NCBI GenBank assembly: GCA_902522015.1
Contig: CABYTX010000001.1
Coordinates: 5,003 to 69,002, forward strand
DNA length: 64,000 nt
Source of the DNA: an uncultured Alphaproteobacteria bacterium
GTDB taxonomy: Bacteria; Pseudomonadota; Alphaproteobacteria; HIMB59; GCA-002718135
Direction of reading: 5' to 3'
Below, in pieces: positions 19,330-29,388 of the stretch (its first letter is position 1; the number at the start of each line of letters is the position of its first letter). The position numbers and the translations under genes were made by a program. Below the pieces are notes generated by a model. It saw nothing but the letters and a program-made list of their open reading frames with translations, was not told the DNA's origin and did no database searches.

Positions 19330-20418
19330 ATGAATGACGCATCTCAAAGTTTCGTTAAATTTGAAAAGATCGATAAAAGTTATGATGGAGAAGTACTAGT
19401 AGTAAAAAACTTAAACTTGGATATTGCTAAGGGTGAGTTTGTAACAATGTTGGGTCCATCAGGATCAGGTAAAACAACAACTTTGATGATGTTAGCTGGT
19501 TTTGAAACACCTACAAACGGTGAAATATTTTTAGATACTAAACCAATAAGTAAAATACCTCCTTATGAAAGAGAAATTGGAATGGTATTTCAAAACTATG
19601 CTTTATTTCCCCACATGACTGTTGCAGAAAATTTATCATTCCCTCTAGAAGTAAGAAAAATTTCAAAACCAGATATTAAAGAAAAAGTGCAGAAAGCTCT
19701 TGAAATGGTTGAGTTAGGTAATTTTGGTACTAGATTTCCTGCTCAATTATCTGGTGGACAACAACAAAGAGTTGCTTTGGCTAGAGCACTTGTATTTGAA
19801 CCACGCCTTGTATTAATGGATGAGCCTTTAGGTGCACTTGATAAGAATTTGCGTGAACAGATGCAATACGAAATCAAACATATTCATGATAGGATTGGTA
19901 TAACAGTTGTCTATGTTACACATGATCAAAGTGAAGCATTAACAATGTCCAACAGAATTGCAGTATTCAATGATGGTGTAGTACAACAATTATCTACTCC
20001 TGATATTTTGTATGAAAAACCTGAAAATTCTTTTGTTGCTAAATTTATAGGTGAAAATAATACATTAAATGGTGTTGTTAAAGAAGTAAATGGTTCGTCA
20101 TGTACTGTTGAATTAGATGGTGGTTTTGGAATGGTGAAAGCGTTAAAAATTAATGTGAATGAAGTTGGAGAAAAAACTCAACTATCTATTAGACCAGAAC
20201 GTGTTTCAATAGACAGTTCTACTTCTGGCTCAAACAATTTTTCAGGAAAAATTGAAGAATTAATTTACCTAGGTGATCATATTAGAGCTAGGCTTGATGT
20301 TTGTGGAAATAATGAGTTTATAGTAAAAGTCCCTAATGAAGGAAGTTTTAGTCATAAAGAAGGAGATCAACTTAATTTAAGCTGGGATTCCGAGGATGTT
20401 AGAGCACTAGATATTTAA
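19330..20418 (+). CDS. ABC transporter ATP-binding protein, PotA-like (polyamine/amine importer)
   Basis: Walker A 'GPSGSGKTT', signature 'LSGGQQQRVALARA', Walker B 'LVLMDEPLGALD'. The ATG at 19330 ('MNDASQSFVKFEKI') is preferred over the TTG at 19288 in the ORF track. Confidence 0.9.
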   Translation: MNDASQSFVKFEKIDKSYDGEVLVVKNLNLDIAKGEFVTMLGPSGSGKTTTLMMLAGFETPTNGEIFLDTKPISKIPPYEREIGMVFQNYALFPHMTVAENLSFPLEVRKISKPDIKEKVQKALEMVELGNFGTRFPAQLSGGQQQRVALARALVFEPRLVLMDEPLGALDKNLREQMQYEIKHIHDRIGITVVYVTHDQSEALTMSNRIAVFNDGVVQQLSTPDILYEKPENSFVAKFIGENNTLNGVVKEVNGSSCTVELDGGFGMVKALKINVNEVGEKTQLSIRPERVSIDSSTSGSNNFSGKIEELIYLGDHIRARLDVCGNNEFIVKVPNEGSFSHKEGDQLNLSWDSEDVRALDI

Positions 20419-20537
20419 ATCTATTTTTTTATCGGTATTTGGCCAAAATTTTTTATTTTTACCTCTTTTTTTTCATTTAACGACATGTTATTACACCACC
20501 ATTACGGACATAATCTTAAGATTAAATAATTAAAAAT

Positions 20538-20543
20538 AGGAGG
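20538..20543 (+). promoter_or_regulatory. Consensus Shine-Dalgarno AGGAGG, 6 nt upstream of the binding-protein start
   Basis: The sequence 'aataGGAGGatatatATG' is read directly. Most other genes in the window lack such a site. Confidence 0.7.
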
Positions 20544-20549
20544 ATATAT

Positions 20550-21653
20550 ATGTCTAAATTTTTAAAAGCCTTCTTATTTGTGTCACTTGTCTTTGCTCCT
20601 TTTGCAGCTAGCGCTGTAACGGTTGCATCATGGGGTGGTGCTTATACAGAAAGTCAACAAAAAGCTTATGCTGATACATATTCTGATCCTAGCTCAATCG
20701 TTTTTGAGAACTACAATGGAGGATTAGGAGAAGTTAGAGCACAAGTTGAAAGTGGAAACGTTGTATGGGATTTAGTAGACGTTTTACCATCTGATGCAAT
20801 CACGGGTTGTGATGAAGGTCTATTTGAAGATATTTCTTCTGAAATTGCTGAATTATCAACTCCAGGCCCTGATGGTGAATCAATGTTAGAAGATATGGAA
20901 AATAATGGTCTTGAATACCACTCTGGTTGGGACTGTTGTGTACCACAAATCTTTTGGACATACGTTGTATTTTATGACCCAGATGCATTCCCTGGCGAAA
21001 AACCAGACAGCATGGCAGACTTTTTTGACACAGAAAAATTTCCTGGTAAAAGAGGTATTCATACTTGGGCAACAGGTATAATCGAAAAAGCTATGGTAGC
21101 AGATGGTGTAAAACCAAATGCAGTACCTACAGTTTTAGCTAATCAAACAGGTGCTATTGATAGAGCATTTGAAGTTTTAGATAGAATCAAAGACGATGTT
21201 GTATTCTGGTCAGCTGGTTCACAACCACTTGAGTTAGTAAAAAGTGGTGAAGTTATTATGGCTATTGCATATAACGGTCGTGTAGGTGCAGCAAACTTAG
21301 CTGAAGGTGAAAACTTTGAGTATATTTGGGAAGGTCAGGTTTTAGACCAAGAGTATCTTTGTCTAACTGCTGGAGCTCCTAATAGAGATGCAGCTATTGA
21401 CTTTATGATGCATGCTTCAACTCCTGAAGCACAAGCTGAACAAGCTAAATATATTACATATGGACCAATGAGAGCATCTGGTATTCCAATCATTGAAAAC
21501 AATGAGCCTTGGGGACCAGGAGGTGTTGATATTATGCCTCATATGCCTAATACACCAGAACGTTTAGCAGTTTCAATCGTAAGTGATCCACAATGGTGGG
21601 CAGATTACGGTGCTGAAATTGGAGAGCGTTATGCTGCATGGATGGGCAACTAA
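20550..21653 (+). CDS. Periplasmic substrate-binding protein, PotD/PotF-like
   Basis: 367 aa with signal peptide 'MSKFLKAFLFVSLVFAPFAASA' and a 'VASWGGAY' N-terminus typical of polyamine-type SBPs. Acidic, Lys-poor composition. Confidence 0.8.
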   Translation: MSKFLKAFLFVSLVFAPFAASAVTVASWGGAYTESQQKAYADTYSDPSSIVFENYNGGLGEVRAQVESGNVVWDLVDVLPSDAITGCDEGLFEDISSEIAELSTPGPDGESMLEDMENNGLEYHSGWDCCVPQIFWTYVVFYDPDAFPGEKPDSMADFFDTEKFPGKRGIHTWATGIIEKAMVADGVKPNAVPTVLANQTGAIDRAFEVLDRIKDDVVFWSAGSQPLELVKSGEVIMAIAYNGRVGAANLAEGENFEYIWEGQVLDQEYLCLTAGAPNRDAAIDFMMHASTPEAQAEQAKYITYGPMRASGIPIIENNEPWGPGGVDIMPHMPNTPERLAVSIVSDPQWWADYGAEIGERYAAWMGN

Positions 21654-21685
21654 GCTTGATAAATTAAATTTTGTAATTTAATCTA

Positions 21686-21714
21686 AAGGCGAGAATTATC
21701 TCGCCTTTTTTATT
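21686..21714 (+). terminator. Rho-independent terminator / attenuator between the SBP and permease genes
   Basis: 'aaGGCGAGAattaTCTCGCCtttttta ttt'. The GC core stem is 7 bp (9 bp with A-U pairs), the loop is 4 nt, and a T-run follows. Confidence 0.8.
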
Positions 21715-22991
21715 TGGAGGTTACTATTTCTACTGCTGAATTATTAACTACGGACGGAGTTCCACTCAAACAAAGTTTGCGAAAAGCTGAAAGAAGAAAT
21801 AAACTAAGAGCTTTTCTTTTAGTCTTTCCTTTACTTTTTTTTATTGTCGTTACTTTTGTAATGCCAATTGGTGACATGCTTCTTAGAAGTATTGATGACA
21901 GTCAAATTAATTCAGTTTTTCCTAATACTTTTAAAGAATACAAAAACTGGGATAAAGCAGCTGACGAACTACCTCCAGAAGAAGTATATAAAAGTCTTTT
22001 TTTTGAATTAGCCAATGGAGATAAGAGACAAATAGGTAAAGCTCTAACAAGAATGAATTATGCTAAATCTGGTTGGAAAAGTTTAATTAAAAAAACCACT
22101 AGAGAAATAAAAAAAATTGTAAAAAAAGGTGAAGAACCAGTTTCATATAAAGAGACATTTATCAAAATAAATAAGTTCTGGGGCGATCCAACTTACTGGT
22201 ACTCTTTTAACCAAATGGTAAACGATAGATCATCAATTTATTATTGGAATGCAGTTGATAGAACATATAGCGAAGATGGTGATGTTGTCTTACAGGATGA
22301 AAGAAGACGAATGTATATTAAAACTTGGTTTAGAACTTTCAAAGTAAGTGTTTACGTAACAATTTTTTGTTTAATACTTGGTTTTCCTGTTGCACATTTG
22401 TTAGCAAATTTACCTTTAAGATATAGTAATCTTTTAATGATTTTTGTTTTACTTCCGTTTTGGACTTCATTACTTGTTAGGACAACAGCATGGATTGTAA
22501 TGCTTCAACAAAATGGAGTTATAAACGGAATATTAGTTTGGTTAGGTATTGTAAGTGATGAGGGTCGATTACAAATGGTTTATAATGAAACAGGTACTTT
22601 AATAGCTATGACTCAAATTTTATTACCTTTTATGATTTTACCCTTGTACAGTGTGATGAGAGTAATTCCAAAAAGTCATATGAGAGCAGCTCAAAACTTA
22701 GGCGCTAAACCTGCAATGGCATTTTGGCGTGTTTATTTACCACAAACTATTCCAGGTATAAGCGCTGGCGGTTTATTAGTATTTGTTCTTGCGATTGGAT
22801 ATTTTATCACCCCTGAATTAGTTGGTGGAAAAGATGGTAAATTAATTGGAAGTTGGATAGCTTACCATTTAAAAACTACTCTCAATTGGGGATTATGCGC
22901 TGCTCTAGGAGGTATACTTCTAGGGATAATGTTAATTTTGTACTGGCTGTACAACAAAATTGTTGGCATAGACAACATAAAGTTAGGATAA
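21714..22991 (+). CDS. ABC transporter permease, PotB-like, with a long extra loop after TM1
   Basis: 425 aa with the C-terminal permease core and EAA-type region 'AAQNLGAKPAMAFWRVYLP'. The TTG start overlaps the terminator T-run, so the start is uncertain. Confidence 0.8.
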   Translation: MEVTISTAELLTTDGVPLKQSLRKAERRNKLRAFLLVFPLLFFIVVTFVMPIGDMLLRSIDDSQINSVFPNTFKEYKNWDKAADELPPEEVYKSLFFELANGDKRQIGKALTRMNYAKSGWKSLIKKTTREIKKIVKKGEEPVSYKETFIKINKFWGDPTYWYSFNQMVNDRSSIYYWNAVDRTYSEDGDVVLQDERRRMYIKTWFRTFKVSVYVTIFCLILGFPVAHLLANLPLRYSNLLMIFVLLPFWTSLLVRTTAWIVMLQQNGVINGILVWLGIVSDEGRLQMVYNETGTLIAMTQILLPFMILPLYSVMRVIPKSHMRAAQNLGAKPAMAFWRVYLPQTIPGISAGGLLVFVLAIGYFITPELVGGKDGKLIGSWIAYHLKTTLNWGLCAALGGILLGIMLILYWLYNKIVGIDNIKLG

Positions 22992-22994
22992 CAA

Positions 22995-23891
22995 ATGGCT
23001 CTTCCAAGTTATGCAACTCCTATACAAAGAACTTATTACTATTTTTATTTATTCTTTTGTGCGGTAGTGTTCTTCTTTCTAATTGCACCTCTATTCGCAA
23101 TCATTCCAATATCTTTTAGTGTTTCACCTTTTATGGTTTTTACTGAAGGAATGTTAGCTTGGCCACCTGATCCAGAAGCTTGGTCATTAAGGTGGTACAA
23201 AAATATGATTGGCGATTGTAGTGCTGATGTTGTTTCTTCTACAGTTCCATGTTCAACAAAGTGGATGGTTGGTACTGTAAATAGTTTTTATATTGGTATT
23301 ATAGCAACTGTTATTGCTACAGCTTTAGGAACACTGGCAGCTCTTGGTTTAAGTAGACCTCATATGCCATATAAAGGTTTGATAATGGCTATATTAATTT
23401 CACCAATGATTGTTCCACTAATTATAACAGCTGCAGGAATGTTCTTCTTCTATGCAAGAATAAATCTTGTTTATACTTTCACAGGTGTAATTCTTGCACA
23501 TGTTGCTCTTGCTACACCTTTTGTAGTAATCACTGTAACGGCAACATTAGTTGGTTTTGATATGAATATGGTAAAAGCAGCTCAAAGCTTAGGTGCTAAA
23601 CCAATGAGAACATTTTTTAAAGTCATTATGCCATTAATTTTACCAGGTATTATATCAGGAGCTTTATTTGCTTTTATTACATCGTTTGATGAAGTTGTTA
23701 TAGTTATGTTTATGGCTAGTATTGATCAGTTAACTATTCCAAAACAAATGTGGGCTGGAATACGACAAGAAATTAGCCCTGTTATTTTATGTATGGCTAC
23801 TTGTTTAGTGCTTCTTTCTATATTTTTATTAACTACAGTTGAGCTACTTAGAAGAAGATCTGAAAAACTCAGAGGTATTAAACCTCGATAG
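22995..23891 (+). CDS. ABC transporter permease, PotC-like
   Basis: 298 aa, six hydrophobic spans, EAA region 'AAQSLGAKPMRTFFKVIMP'. Confidence 0.85.
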   Translation: MALPSYATPIQRTYYYFYLFFCAVVFFFLIAPLFAIIPISFSVSPFMVFTEGMLAWPPDPEAWSLRWYKNMIGDCSADVVSSTVPCSTKWMVGTVNSFYIGIIATVIATALGTLAALGLSRPHMPYKGLIMAILISPMIVPLIITAAGMFFFYARINLVYTFTGVILAHVALATPFVVITVTATLVGFDMNMVKAAQSLGAKPMRTFFKVIMPLILPGIISGALFAFITSFDEVVIVMFMASIDQLTIPKQMWAGIRQEISPVILCMATCLVLLSIFLLTTVELLRRRSEKLRGIKPR

Positions 23892-23895
23892 AACA

Positions 23896-25125
23896 GTGAA
23901 GAACATTGCTGTTATTGGTGCTGGCATAGTTGGTATATGTAGCGCATATTTTTTAAAAAAATCTGGATTTAATGTAACTTTAATTGACAGGGAGCAGCCT
24001 GGCTCAATGACAAGTTTTGGTCATGCTTGTACTTTTGCAGACTATGCAAATGTTCCTGTTAATTATCCTGGATTGATCTGGGATATACCATCAATGCTTT
24101 TAAGAAAAGATGGACCTTTGGCAGTTGATTTTTTTTATATTTTAAAGAACTTGCCTTGGGCAATAAGTTTTTTAAAAAACTGTAAAAAAGAAAAAGTTAA
24201 TAAAATAGCAAATTCTCTCACCAATTTATTAAAGCACTCACAAATATCTTACGATGAAATTTTTCAAGATGTAAATGTAAAAGAATATATTAGCTATGAA
24301 GAAAATCTTTATCTTTTTGATTCAAAAAAATCTTATGAAAATTATGAATACGCAAACATTATTAGAAAAAATAATAACGTTAAAGTAAGAAATTTAAAAA
24401 AAGATGAAGTTAAGGAATTGGAACCAAATTTAGCTGATGTTTATTTTGCTGGGCAAGTTTTTACTGGATCAAGACACACAACAAATCCATTAGCAATAAG
24501 TACTAAGATTTTTAAAAAATTTTTAGAACTAGGCGGTGTTTACATAAATCAAAATATAAAAAATTTAACACAGAAAGAAAAAAATATAGAATTATTTTTA
24601 GAAAATAAAAAACTTAAATTTGATAAAATAATTGTAAGTGCTGGTGCTTGGTCCAATCAAATTGCAAATATGCTTGGAGATAAATTCCCTCTTGATAACG
24701 AAAGAGGGTATCACCTTTTATTTGAAACTGAAGAGAAATTAATAAATCGTCCCGTTGCTTGGTCTGAGTCTGGATTTTACTTAATACAAATTCATGATGG
24801 TATAAGAGCTGCTGGTACAGTTGAAATAGCAGGTTTAAATAAACCACCCAATAAAAAACGTCTTGAAATGATAGAGAGACAATCAAGAAAGGTTTTGCCC
24901 CAATTAAAAGAAGTAAGATCAACATGGATGGGTAGAAGGCCTACCTTACCAGACTCATTACCTGTTATTGGAAAATCTCAGAAAAATAATAATGTCATTT
25001 ATGCATTTGGACATCAACATATTGGCTGGACTTTAGGAGCTGTTACGGGAAAAATTATTGATAGTTTATCAAAAGATCAACTGCCGAATATAGATATTAG
25101 CGCTTATTCTCCTGGCCGATTTTAA
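23896..25125 (+). CDS. FAD-dependent oxidoreductase (DAO family; DadA / PuuB-like)
   Basis: 'KNIAVIGAGIVGICSAYFL' is the dinucleotide motif at the N-terminus. The GTG at 23896 is preferred over the TTG at 23839, which would overlap the permease gene by 53 nt. Confidence 0.8.
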   Translation: MKNIAVIGAGIVGICSAYFLKKSGFNVTLIDREQPGSMTSFGHACTFADYANVPVNYPGLIWDIPSMLLRKDGPLAVDFFYILKNLPWAISFLKNCKKEKVNKIANSLTNLLKHSQISYDEIFQDVNVKEYISYEENLYLFDSKKSYENYEYANIIRKNNNVKVRNLKKDEVKELEPNLADVYFAGQVFTGSRHTTNPLAISTKIFKKFLELGGVYINQNIKNLTQKEKNIELFLENKKLKFDKIIVSAGAWSNQIANMLGDKFPLDNERGYHLLFETEEKLINRPVAWSESGFYLIQIHDGIRAAGTVEIAGLNKPPNKKRLEMIERQSRKVLPQLKEVRSTWMGRRPTLPDSLPVIGKSQKNNNVIYAFGHQHIGWTLGAVTGKIIDSLSKDQLPNIDISAYSPGRF

Positions 25126-26555
25126 CCTAAACTAATTCCAACATTTTTGACTTGAAGATAAGATTTAAGTCCATCCACTCCTTTTTCACGGCTATATCCT
25201 GATTGTTTATAACCTCCAAAAGGTGTTGCATGATTTCCAGTGAACCATTTATTTACATATACTTGACCAGCTTCTAATTTACTTGCGGTCCAAGATGCTT
25301 TTTTTAGATCTTTTGTAAAAACACCAGCACCTAAACCATACTCAGTATCATTCGCAATATCAATTGCTTCCTCTTGATCTTCATATTCAAGAACTGAGAG
25401 TACTGGACCAAAAATTTCTTCTCTGGCTACAGTCATACTTTGTTTAACATTGTTTAGAACTGTTGGTTCCATAAAATATCCTTCACGATCTAATCTTTTT
25501 CCACCATATGCTGCTTCTGCTCCTTGTTGGATTCCTGATCTTGCATAACCTTCAACTTTTTGAAGCTGATTTTCAGATATAACTGGAGTTAGATCTGTAT
25601 CTTTTTCTATACCAGGTCCAATTTTTAAAGATTTACTCATATCAATTAGCTTATCTACTAATTCATCCTTGATTGATTTATGAACTACCAATCTAGACAT
25701 CGCTGTACAAATTTGTCCTGCAACACTAAATATTCCTGAACGTGCACTTTCCAAAACTTCATTTAGATCTGCGTCAGGGTACACTATACCAGCTGACTTA
25801 CCACCTAATTCAACAACAGCAGGTATAGCTTTGTCAGCACAAGCATGAAGTATCTTTTTTCCAGTTGCGACCGAACCCGTAAAGACTACGTGATTTACAT
25901 CTTCATGAGATACAAGATAAGATCCTGCTTCATTTCCATATCCACAAATTATGTTGATTAGTCCTTCTGGTACGCCAGCATTTTGTATTGCTTTAGCAAA
26001 AATTGTTGCGGACAAAGGAGTTAATTCTGCAGTTTTTATAATTGTTGAATTTCCTGTAGCAAAAGAACATGACAGTGATCTTCCAATCATTGATAATGGA
26101 AAATTCCATGGAACAACATGTGCTGATACACCAAATGGTTCTAAAATTGTGTAATCAAAAACATTTTTTGCAACAGGTATTGTTTTACCCTCAAGTTTAT
26201 CTGTTAAGCCTGCATAATAATCAAACATATCTGCTACATCATTGAATTCTTTAATTGCTGAAGCGATATTTTTTCCATTTTCATAACAAAGAAGCTCACC
26301 ACCTTCTTTTGAAACCTTTCTTGTCTCTTCTGCAATTTTTCTCATTAGTTTCGCTCTTGAAAGTAAAGGCATATCAACAAGTACTCTGCTGTTATAAGAA
26401 TTTTTAGCTGCTTCAACCGCAAGATCAACTTCATTTTTTTTTGCACATGAAATTTCACCAATGATTTTACCATTTGAAGGATCATCAACCTTTATTGTTT
26501 CTTTGGACTCACTTTCAATCCATTTATTATTTATAAAATTCTTATATTTTTCCAT
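25122..26555 (-). CDS. NAD(P)-dependent aldehyde dehydrogenase (PuuC-like)
   Basis: 477 aa with 'VELGGKSA' and the catalytic Cys motif 'GQICTAMSR'. Confidence 0.9.
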   Translation of the reverse strand: MEKYKNFINNKWIESESKETIKVDDPSNGKIIGEISCAKKNEVDLAVEAAKNSYNSRVLVDMPLLSRAKLMRKIAEETRKVSKEGGELLCYENGKNIASAIKEFNDVADMFDYYAGLTDKLEGKTIPVAKNVFDYTILEPFGVSAHVVPWNFPLSMIGRSLSCSFATGNSTIIKTAELTPLSATIFAKAIQNAGVPEGLINIICGYGNEAGSYLVSHEDVNHVVFTGSVATGKKILHACADKAIPAVVELGGKSAGIVYPDADLNEVLESARSGIFSVAGQICTAMSRLVVHKSIKDELVDKLIDMSKSLKIGPGIEKDTDLTPVISENQLQKVEGYARSGIQQGAEAAYGGKRLDREGYFMEPTVLNNVKQSMTVAREEIFGPVLSVLEYEDQEEAIDIANDTEYGLGAGVFTKDLKKASWTASKLEAGQVYVNKWFTGNHATPFGGYKQSGYSREKGVDGLKSYLQVKNVGISLG

Positions 26556-26639
26556 TTTCTGCGTTTTTTAATTAATTATTTTTGTTTCATTCTTTATCAT
26601 TTAGGATATGAAAATGATACAAATTTAATTTTAAGAAAC

Positions 26640-27998
26640 ATGAGTATTACATTTAATCAGTTAAAAAAACTAATAACAAAAAAAGAAATAGATACAGTTT
26701 TAGTTTGTGTATCAGATATGCAAGGTAGACTAAATGGTAAAAGAGTTACTGGAAAAGCTTTTATTGATTATGTCTATAAAGAAACGCATATGTGCGATTA
26801 TCTCTATACCGTCGATATGGATATGTTTACTGTACCCGGATATAAATCTTCTTCATGGGAAACGGGTTATGGAGATATGACTGTAATTCCAGATCTCAAA
26901 ACGATAAAGATAGCAAATTGGTTAAATAAAACAGCTATAGTAATATGTGATTGTTTAGACCATTCAGGAAAAAAACCACTTATTCATTCAACAAGACAGA
27001 TATTAAAAGATGTTTTAGCTAAGGCAGACAAAATGGGATTTCAATCTATGGTTGGTTCAGAATTAGAATTTTTTCTTTTTAATCAAACTTATGAAGAAAT
27101 TCATAATAATAATTATACAAAACTTAAAGAGTCTTCTTGGTATATTGAAGATTATATGATTTTCCAAACTACGAAAGAAGAGGATGTGATGCAGGAATTA
27201 AGGAATTCTCTTCTAGATAGTGGAATTTATGTAGAATGTTCAAAGGGTGAAGCAGCTCCAGGACAAGAAGAAATCAATGTTGTATTTTCCGATGCATTAA
27301 ACATGGCTGACAATCATATTTTAATTAAAAATGCGACAAAAGAAATTGCTTATAAACATAACAAAGCCGTAACCTTTATGGCTAAATATAACAAAGAAGT
27401 TTGTGGAAGTTCATGTCATATTCATAACTCTTTATTCGATAAGAAAACAAAGAAAAATATTTTTTATAACCCTAAGGATAAATATGGAATGTCTGATATT
27501 TTTAAAAGTTATCTTGCGGGACAAATTAAATTATTACCAGATATTTCAATTTTTTTAGCACCAAATATTAATTCTTATAAAAGATTTCAAGATGGATCAT
27601 TTGCTCCTACAAAATCTGTTTGGGGCATTGATAATCGTACTGCTGGGTTTAGACTAGCTGGTCATGGATCATCCATAAGAATTGAATGTCGAGTCCCAGG
27701 AGCAGATGTAAATCCTTATCTTTCTTTTGCAGCTTTAGTTGGTGCTGGGTTATATGGTATTAAAAATAAACTTAAATTAGATAAACCTTATTCAGGGAAT
27801 ATATATGAGAAAAAAGTAAATGAAGTTCCTAAAACACTTAACGAAGCAATCCAACTTGCTAAAAAATCTAAATTTTTAAAAGAGATATTTCCACAAGATG
27901 TACTTGATCATTATATCCATGCTGCTGAATGGGAGCAAAAAGATTATGATGGATCAGTTAATGATTGGCAATTACGAAGATATTTCGAACGAGGCTAA
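26640..27998 (+). CDS. Glutamine synthetase family protein (gamma-glutamyl-polyamine/amine synthetase, PuuA-like)
   Basis: 452 aa with the GS catalytic-domain motifs 'GSELEFFLF', 'CGSSCHIHNSL' and 'NSYKRF'. Confidence 0.85.
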   Translation: MSITFNQLKKLITKKEIDTVLVCVSDMQGRLNGKRVTGKAFIDYVYKETHMCDYLYTVDMDMFTVPGYKSSSWETGYGDMTVIPDLKTIKIANWLNKTAIVICDCLDHSGKKPLIHSTRQILKDVLAKADKMGFQSMVGSELEFFLFNQTYEEIHNNNYTKLKESSWYIEDYMIFQTTKEEDVMQELRNSLLDSGIYVECSKGEAAPGQEEINVVFSDALNMADNHILIKNATKEIAYKHNKAVTFMAKYNKEVCGSSCHIHNSLFDKKTKKNIFYNPKDKYGMSDIFKSYLAGQIKLLPDISIFLAPNINSYKRFQDGSFAPTKSVWGIDNRTAGFRLAGHGSSIRIECRVPGADVNPYLSFAALVGAGLYGIKNKLKLDKPYSGNIYEKKVNEVPKTLNEAIQLAKKSKFLKEIFPQDVLDHYIHAAEWEQKDYDGSVNDWQLRRYFERG

Positions 27999-28007
27999 TT
28001 TTACTAA

Positions 28008-29384
28008 ATGTTTGAGACTATTACTCCAATAGACAACTCCGTCTTAGTTAAAAGAGAATATGCAACAGAAGAAGATATTGAAAAAAGTCTAAGTAATTCC
28101 TATTCTGTAAGAGAGCATTGGAAAAATATATCTTTAGAAGAAAGAAAAAAGTCAGTTTTAAATTTTGTAGAAATATTTTTAAAAAATAAGGATGTTTCTA
28201 GTAATTTATGTAAGCAAATAGGCAGACCTATAGCACAGTGCCCTGGAGAGATGCGAGGTTTTGAAGAAAGAGCTCGTTATATGATTGAAAATGCTGATAG
28301 AGCACTATCAAGAGTTATATCAATTAAAAATGATGAATTTGATAATTATATAAACAAAGAACCACTAGGGACTATATTTGTAATTGCACCATGGAATTAC
28401 CCTTTCAACACTTCTGTTAATTCAATTGTACCAAGTTTACTTGCAGGTAATGCAGTTATATTAAAACATTCTTCTCAAACTCCACTCTGTGCTGAAGAAT
28501 TATATGAGGCAGCTAAACAATCTTCATTGCCAAAAAATATTTTTCAGTATTTACATTTAGATCATGATCAAACATCAAGAATAATTTCAGATTCAAGAAT
28601 TAATCATGTTTTATTTACAGGTTCTGTAAGTGGTGGAAAACAAATAAAAAAATCTATAGGCACTAGATTTATTGGAGCCGGTCTAGAGTTAGGTGGAAAA
28701 GATCCTGCTTATGTTAGAGCTGATTGTGACTTAGATCATGCTGTTGAAAATTTAGTTGATGGATCATACTTCAATTCTGGTCAATCTTGTTGTGGTATCG
28801 AAAGAATTTATGTTGATAAAAAAATATACAATACATTTGTAGAAAAATTTAAAGATGTAACTGAGAAATATATTTTAGGAAACCCACTAGAGATGGAGAC
28901 AAATTTAGGTCCAGTAGTGAAGCAATCTGCTGCAAATTATATTAGATCTGAAGTTAACAGCGCAATTAGTCAAGGTGGAAAGAATATTATAGATAACAAA
29001 AAATTTAATTTAGATGATGGTAATAATTGTTATGTAAGCCCAAGTGCACTTATTAATGTCGATCATTCGATGAAATATATGATGGAAGAAATATTTGGTC
29101 CTTCAGTTGGAATAATGAAAGTAGAAAATGAAAATGAAGCTTTATCTCTAATGAATGATAGTTCTTATGGGTTAACAGCAAGTATTTGGACAAATGATAA
29201 GTCTTTTGCAGAAAATTTTGGAAAAAATGTTGAGACAGGAACTTTTTTTATGAATAGATGTGATTACTTAGATCCCGGCTTAGCATGGACCGGTGTAAAA
29301 GATACTGGAATTGGCGTTACTTTATCTGTTCTAGGATTTGATCATTTAACAAGAGCAAAAAGCTATCATATAAGAAATATTTAA
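28008..29384 (+). CDS. NAD(P)-dependent aldehyde dehydrogenase
   Basis: 458 aa with 'LELGGKDP' and 'GQSCCGIER'. Confidence 0.9.
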   Translation: MFETITPIDNSVLVKREYATEEDIEKSLSNSYSVREHWKNISLEERKKSVLNFVEIFLKNKDVSSNLCKQIGRPIAQCPGEMRGFEERARYMIENADRALSRVISIKNDEFDNYINKEPLGTIFVIAPWNYPFNTSVNSIVPSLLAGNAVILKHSSQTPLCAEELYEAAKQSSLPKNIFQYLHLDHDQTSRIISDSRINHVLFTGSVSGGKQIKKSIGTRFIGAGLELGGKDPAYVRADCDLDHAVENLVDGSYFNSGQSCCGIERIYVDKKIYNTFVEKFKDVTEKYILGNPLEMETNLGPVVKQSAANYIRSEVNSAISQGGKNIIDNKKFNLDDGNNCYVSPSALINVDHSMKYMMEEIFGPSVGIMKVENENEALSLMNDSSYGLTASIWTNDKSFAENFGKNVETGTFFMNRCDYLDPGLAWTGVKDTGIGVTLSVLGFDHLTRAKSYHIRNI

Positions 29385-29388
29385 GATT

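Noticed and set aside
20511-20524. A perfect 14-bp palindrome, 'TAATCTTAAGATTA', lies 14 nt upstream of the SD of the PotD-like gene and could be an operator.
   Set aside because: It is composed almost entirely of A and T. My rough estimate is that several such palindromes are expected by chance in 64 kb of ~30 % GC DNA. There is no second copy and no regulator gene nearby.
26595-26619. An inverted repeat, 'TATCATTT-n9-AAATGATA', in the divergent spacer between the ALDH and GS-like genes.
   Set aside because: Its 8-bp AT-rich arms fall within chance expectation, and it is not repeated elsewhere in the window. It is worth a look only if it proves conserved.
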